Part shown: positions 59,708-64,000 of the stretch, piece after piece
How positions within the stretch are numbered: the first letter of the stretch is position 1
Layout: every line of letters starts with the position of its first letter
Source: a bacterium
GTDB lineage: Bacteria; Hinthialibacterota; Hinthialibacteria; Hinthialibacterales; Hinthialibacteraceae
Reading direction: 5' to 3'
Length of the DNA stretch: 64,000 bases
Assembly: GCA_963662285.2 (NCBI GenBank)
Contig: CAXXMV010000008.1
Location: 192,001-256,000, forward strand
Program-made: the position numbers and the translations under genes
The notes under the pieces: generated by a model
The model's database searches: none
What the model was told of the DNA's origin: nothing
What the model saw: only the letters and a program-made list of their open reading frames with translations

Positions 59708-59923
59708 TGGGGAGCATCGGCTTCTAGCCGGTGTGCCAAATAAATCGGATATAGAATTAACCCCATTACGCATAAAATTTCCAAGAGAGAGGGGGATGAA
59801 AAATGGAATTATATTCGAACCAATCCGGTTAGGAAGGGATTGTTTGAAGTTGTTAAGGAGTATCCGTTTTTGTATGAAGAGAACCGAAGGGATTTTCGCA
59901 CCGGCTAGAAGCCGATGCTCCCC
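59708..59923 (+). mobile_element. Internally deleted RAYT (Y1 tyrosine transposase) remnant between inverted REPs (family D)
   Basis: GGGGAGCATCGGCTTCTAGCCGGTG and its exact reverse complement flank DEKWNYIRTNPVRKGLFEVVKEYPF (59795-59908). Confidence 0.7.
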
Positions 59924-59956
59924 TTTTTGATTGTCGGGTGGAAAGGGAAGACGATA

Positions 59957-60751
59957 ATGAAACAATATCTAATTTATTTTTCTATATTATTATTTACAAT
60001 ATCATGCGCTCATCAACAATATCATGACAGTACAATTTTGAATCCGGTTGAATCATTTGAAGAATCGGATTCTCCATCTCAGTATCAATATGACTCTTTG
60101 AAATTCACAGGCCCCTGGGGCTATAATAAAAGTGAAAATTCCTCTAGAAAATATCCATTACTAGTATCCGGCTGCTGGGGAGAAGGGGCGAAACAATATT
60201 CAAGTTATACTCAAACATATCCGGCATTCATTTTAGATTATCAAAAGAATAAAGTATCTGACGGAGAATTCCTCGGACAATGGATTAAAGATATAATCTC
60301 ATCAGGCTATAGAATTGATATCAATAGAATATATTTAACTGGATTCTCAAAAGGTGGCTCCGGTAGTTTCCCTTTAGCGATAGGGATGCATAATGCAGGT
60401 TTATACTTTGCCGCCATAATAAGAGTTGCAGGGCAAAGTCAATATGACTTAGGTAATGAAATTGTTGAAAAGACGGCAATTTGGTATCATCTTGGATTAA
60501 ATGACGAGCCAAGGCGCGTCGATGTAGCCCGTAAAACGCTTGAATATAATAGAAACTATCCATGCAATAAAGATGCAATTGAAACATCGGTTTCTGATAA
60601 TATTACAGGCCATGAACGAAACACAATCACGATTACCCGTTCGGGCCGCCCAATGTTTATCTATAGTGAATACACGGGTATGGGACATACTCCAGAACCA
60701 TGCTACAAAGATAAATCTATATTCCCCTGGATGTTCAGTAATTCATTGTAA
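59957..60751 (+). CDS. Lipoprotein alpha/beta hydrolase (esterase-like)
   Basis: FTISC lipobox; RIYLTGFSKGG; YTGMGH; start moved to MKQYL. Confidence 0.8.
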   Translation: MKQYLIYFSILLFTISCAHQQYHDSTILNPVESFEESDSPSQYQYDSLKFTGPWGYNKSENSSRKYPLLVSGCWGEGAKQYSSYTQTYPAFILDYQKNKVSDGEFLGQWIKDIISSGYRIDINRIYLTGFSKGGSGSFPLAIGMHNAGLYFAAIIRVAGQSQYDLGNEIVEKTAIWYHLGLNDEPRRVDVARKTLEYNRNYPCNKDAIETSVSDNITGHERNTITITRSGRPMFIYSEYTGMGHTPEPCYKDKSIFPWMFSNSL

Positions 60752-60758
60752 AATAGAT

Positions 60759-60889
60759 AACCGAATTGTCCCTTCTCCCGACACGAATCAAGAGAGAGAA
60801 CAAAACGGGAACATCATAGAATGGGGAGCATCGGCTTCTAGCCGGTGCGTCAAATACGATAGTAAATCATAGGGTGGGCTAAGCCCACC
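60759..60889. repeat. Direct-repeat copy of 59610-59741 including family D REP, plus a GTAG-type REP
   Basis: TTGTCCC..CTCC.GACAC.AATCA.GAGAG..AAACGGG..ACATC.TAGAATGGGGAGCATCGGCTTCTAGCCGGTG; ATAGGGTGGGCTAAGCCCACC. Confidence 0.75.
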
Positions 60890-60953
60890 AGTACAACTCA
60901 GAGTAATATAAAAAAAACGTAAGTTCATCAATCAAGAGAAAGCAAGTTTTATC

Positions 60954-62432
60954 ATGTCTAAACAATGTTATCTTGGAATCGATTTAGGAGCGGGAAGCGG
61001 TCGGGTCATGGCTGGTCTTTTCGACGGCCAACGCATATCCATAGAAGAAATGCACCGCTTCCCCAACGAGGCGATCCCTTTGGGAAACACGCTGCGTTGG
61101 GATGTACTGAAGTTGTGGACTGAAATCAAACAAGGTTTATCGGTAGCTGCGGAACGCTATGGCGACGACGTCATCTCTGCGGGAGTCGATACCTGGGGAG
61201 TGGATTACGTTCTCTTCTCTAAAAACTTCGAAATCCTGGGGCAGCCCTATCACTACCGTGATGCGCGGACTCTGGGCATCCTGGATTACGCCTTTGAAAC
61301 CGTGCCCCGCGCTGATATTTTCGCCGAAACCGGATTGCAGTTTTTGGAACTCAACACGCTATATCAGTTGCTGGCCACCAAACGGGATAATCCCGACGTC
61401 CTGGCGGCGGCTGATTGTATGCTGATGATGCCTGATTTCTTCCATTGGTGCCTATGCGGTTCGAAGGTCTGCGAGTTCACCGAAGCGACCACTTCGCAAT
61501 GCCTCAACCCAATCACCAAGAATTGGTCAGCTGACCTGTTGAAGCGCTTTGATCTTCCCACCCATATCTTCCCCGAAATCGTGCAGCCTGGAACTAACAT
61601 CGGCAAGTTGTATGACAGCGTCTGCGATGAAACCGGGTTAAAGAAAATCGACATCGTCGCTCCAGCCACCCATGACACCGGGTCGGCGGTGGCGGCGGTT
61701 CCCACCAAGAACACAGGCCAACCCAACTGGGCCTATATCAGTTCGGGCACCTGGTCGCTGGTGGGAGTAGAGATCAACCAGGCCATTCTCAACGATAAAG
61801 TATTGGAACTGAATTTCACCAATGAGGGCGGCATCGACGGCACGTTCCGCTTCCTCAAAAACATCATGGGTCTATGGCTGGTCCAGCAAAGCAAACAGGC
61901 CTTCGAGAAACGTGGAGTTAAACTGGGTTATGACGAACTGATCGCTATGGCGGAGAAATCAACTCCGTTCCGTTCGATAGTAAATCCCGACGACCCACGT
62001 TTCCTTAATCCCCCGGATATGACTGAAGCCATCCAGCAATTCTGCAAGGATACAAATCAGCCCGCTCCCGAAAATGAAGGCCAGTTCATCCGCTGCGCCC
62101 TGGAGAGCCTGGCGCTCAAATACGACGCAGTGCTCAGGTCAATCGAAGAACTCACCCAAACCCCGATTGAAGTAATCCACCTGGTAGGCGGAGGATCGCA
62201 GAACAGCCTATTAAACCAACTGACGGCGGACGCCTGCGGCAAGCCAGTAATAACCGGCCCCATAGAAGCAACAGTACTGGGCAACCTACTAGTCCAAGCC
62301 CGCGCCTCAGGAGAAATCAAAACCCTGGACGACATCCGCTCAGTAGTACGCAATTCCACCGATATGGAACACCTGGAACCGCAAAAAACCGATTGGAGCG
62401 AAGCACGGCAGCGGTTTGCGGGATTGAGCTGA
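60954..62432 (+). CDS. rhaB: Rhamnulokinase
   Basis: [50 protein letters not shown]. Confidence 0.95.
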   Translation: MSKQCYLGIDLGAGSGRVMAGLFDGQRISIEEMHRFPNEAIPLGNTLRWDVLKLWTEIKQGLSVAAERYGDDVISAGVDTWGVDYVLFSKNFEILGQPYHYRDARTLGILDYAFETVPRADIFAETGLQFLELNTLYQLLATKRDNPDVLAAADCMLMMPDFFHWCLCGSKVCEFTEATTSQCLNPITKNWSADLLKRFDLPTHIFPEIVQPGTNIGKLYDSVCDETGLKKIDIVAPATHDTGSAVAAVPTKNTGQPNWAYISSGTWSLVGVEINQAILNDKVLELNFTNEGGIDGTFRFLKNIMGLWLVQQSKQAFEKRGVKLGYDELIAMAEKSTPFRSIVNPDDPRFLNPPDMTEAIQQFCKDTNQPAPENEGQFIRCALESLALKYDAVLRSIEELTQTPIEVIHLVGGGSQNSLLNQLTADACGKPVITGPIEATVLGNLLVQARASGEIKTLDDIRSVVRNSTDMEHLEPQKTDWSEARQRFAGLS

Positions 62433-62446
62433 TATACAATAACAAA

Positions 62447-62476
62447 GTAGGGTGGGTCGCGCTTTACCGACCCACC
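62447..62476. repeat. GTAG-type REP palindrome
   Basis: GTAG-GGTGGGTCG-cgctttac-CGACCCACC. Confidence 0.65.
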
Positions 62477-62530
62477 GATAACAATTGATTCGATGAGTCA
62501 TAAAAATCCATTTTCAATGGTGCAAAATAC

Positions 62531-64000
62531 ATGGCAAAAAATAAAACAAAACTCGAACTGACGTGGATCGGGAAGGAGAACCGGCCCAAACTGGAGCCGC
62601 GTATTCTCATCGAAGACCCGGAGAAATCCTACCACGCGGTTCAACGCCATTGCGAAAACGACATTTTCGATAATCGATTGATCTTTGGTGACAATCTGCT
62701 TGCGCTTAAGGCGCTGGAGCAAGAGTTTACGGAAAAGATCAAGTGCATCTATATCGATCCACCATACAATACTGGATCAGCATTCACATATTATGATGAT
62801 GGTATAGAGCATTCGCTGTGGTTATCTTTAATGCGTGACCGATTGGAAATTCTTCAAAAACTGCTTCGTGATGATGGTTCGATTTGGATAAGCATTGACG
62901 ACAACGAATGTCACTATCTTAAGGTTTTAATGGACGAAGTGTTTGGCCGACAACAATATATCACGTGCGTAATTTGGCAAAAGATTTTTTCTCCAAAAAG
63001 TACAGCACGCCACTTGTCTGAGTCGCACGACTACCTGTTATTATTCGCTAAAAACAAGGAGAAATGGACACGCAATTTACTACCGCGCACAAAAGAACAC
63101 AATAAAAACTACAAGAATCCTGATAACGATTCTCGTGGTCCTTGGACATCTGGCGACCTCTCTGCAAGAAACTATTACGGAGCAGGTACGTATGAAATTT
63201 CTACACCAAAGGGTCGAATAATCCCGGGACCACCGAAAGGAATGTATTGGCGAGTTTCAAAGGAAAAATTTATTGAATTAGATAGAGATAAACGCATTTG
63301 GTGGGGTAAAGAAGGAAATAATCAACCTCGCTTAAAGCGTTTTTTGTCAGAAGTAATGGATGGTGTTGTACCGCAGACTATTTGGACTCATCAAGAAGTA
63401 GGTAATACTCAGGAAGCGAAGAAGGAAATTATTGCTGTAGTTCCCGAAGCAGAAGAAGTATTTCAGACTACTAAGCCAGAAAGGTTGATAAAACGTATAC
63501 TTGAAATTGCAACTGATCCAGGTGATCTTATCCTTGATTCCTTTGCGGGTTCAGGCACAACCGGATCTGTCGCACATAAGATGGGCCGACGGTGGATCAT
63601 GGTCGAATTGGGCGACCATTGTCATAATCTCATTATTCCACGAATGAAAAAGGTTATTGACGGAGAGGATACAGGTGGTATTACTGAAGACGCAGACTGG
63701 AAAGGTGGCGGCGGTTTCCGTTACTTCCGGCTGGGACCATCTCTAATCGTTGAAGATGAATGGGGAAATCCAGTAATCAACTCCGAATTCAATGGAGCCA
63801 TGCTGGCAGAGGCTATGTGCAAACTGGAGGGATTTAAGTATGCCCCTAGTGAGGATGTTTATTGGATTCATGGTAAGAGTACAGAAGCAGATTTTATTTA
63901 TGTGACTACCCAGTTCATGAGCAGGGATATGTTGACCCGACTAAGCGACGAGGTCGGGCCGGAACGCAGCCTTCTTATTTGCTGTTCAGCCTTCCGATGC
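62531..64000 (+). CDS. mod: Type III restriction-modification methyltransferase (Mod); partial, runs off the right edge
   Basis: Manual translation MAKNKTKLELTWIGKENRPKLEPRIL..GDNLLALKAL..IYIDPPYNTG..KPERL..DSFAGSGTT..WKGGGGF. Confidence 0.92.
   Translation, partial: MAKNKTKLELTWIGKENRPKLEPRILIEDPEKSYHAVQRHCENDIFDNRLIFGDNLLALKALEQEFTEKIKCIYIDPPYNTGSAFTYYDDGIEHSLWLSLMRDRLEILQKLLRDDGSIWISIDDNECHYLKVLMDEVFGRQQYITCVIWQKIFSPKSTARHLSESHDYLLLFAKNKEKWTRNLLPRTKEHNKNYKNPDNDSRGPWTSGDLSARNYYGAGTYEISTPKGRIIPGPPKGMYWRVSKEKFIELDRDKRIWWGKEGNNQPRLKRFLSEVMDGVVPQTIWTHQEVGNTQEAKKEIIAVVPEAEEVFQTTKPERLIKRILEIATDPGDLILDSFAGSGTTGSVAHKMGRRWIMVELGDHCHNLIIPRMKKVIDGEDTGGITEDADWKGGGGFRYFRLGPSLIVEDEWGNPVINSEFNGAMLAEAMCKLEGFKYAPSEDVYWIHGKSTEADFIYVTTQFMSRDMLTRLSDEVGPERSLLICCSAFRC

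Noticed and set aside
59465-59965. Several short ORFs listed in the track
   Set aside because: They overlap the real 58-aa ORF in another frame or translate REP/RAYT remnant DNA
60730-60751. FPWMFSNSL as another W-tail
   Set aside because: This is the normal last helix of this esterase fold and the spacing differs

Overview
This 64-kb window is bacterial chromosomal DNA (standard code, moderately AT-rich). The gene content points to a little-studied diderm lineage. Secreted proteins ending in W-x-[LI]-[YF], plus orphan pseudopilins with a SNGLxSxGD tail, resemble what I recall from OLB16/Hinthialibacterota- or Sumerlaeota-like genomes; this is inference, not a database result. Housekeeping and metabolic genes include murA (Cys->Asp variant), ligA, a MEMO1/AmmeMemoRadiSam-B protein, a Lys/Ala-rich histone-like protein, two radical SAM enzymes, two GT-C glycosyltransferases, several Tat-exported redox enzymes and an L-rhamnose locus (AraC regulator, rhaA, NCS1-type permease, rhaB). 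Accessory content includes four type II toxin-antitoxin modules, a partial type III R-M methyltransferase at the right edge, at least four families of REP/MITE-like intergenic repeats, an internally deleted RAYT transposase and a degenerate attC-like site. The most notable observations are: (1) an ECF sigma operon whose FecR anti-sigma domain is split across two genes just after the GT motif, with the second half fused to a 973-aa membrane-anchored repeat ectodomain; (2) a shared C-terminal WxLY/F tail on unrelated secreted proteins, a candidate sorting signal; (3) a RAYT-derived element and an AT-rich esterase cassette inserted in the rha operon; (4) three phased DnaA-box-like motifs in a long AT-rich intergenic region. 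No rRNA, tRNA or CRISPR array was recognised.
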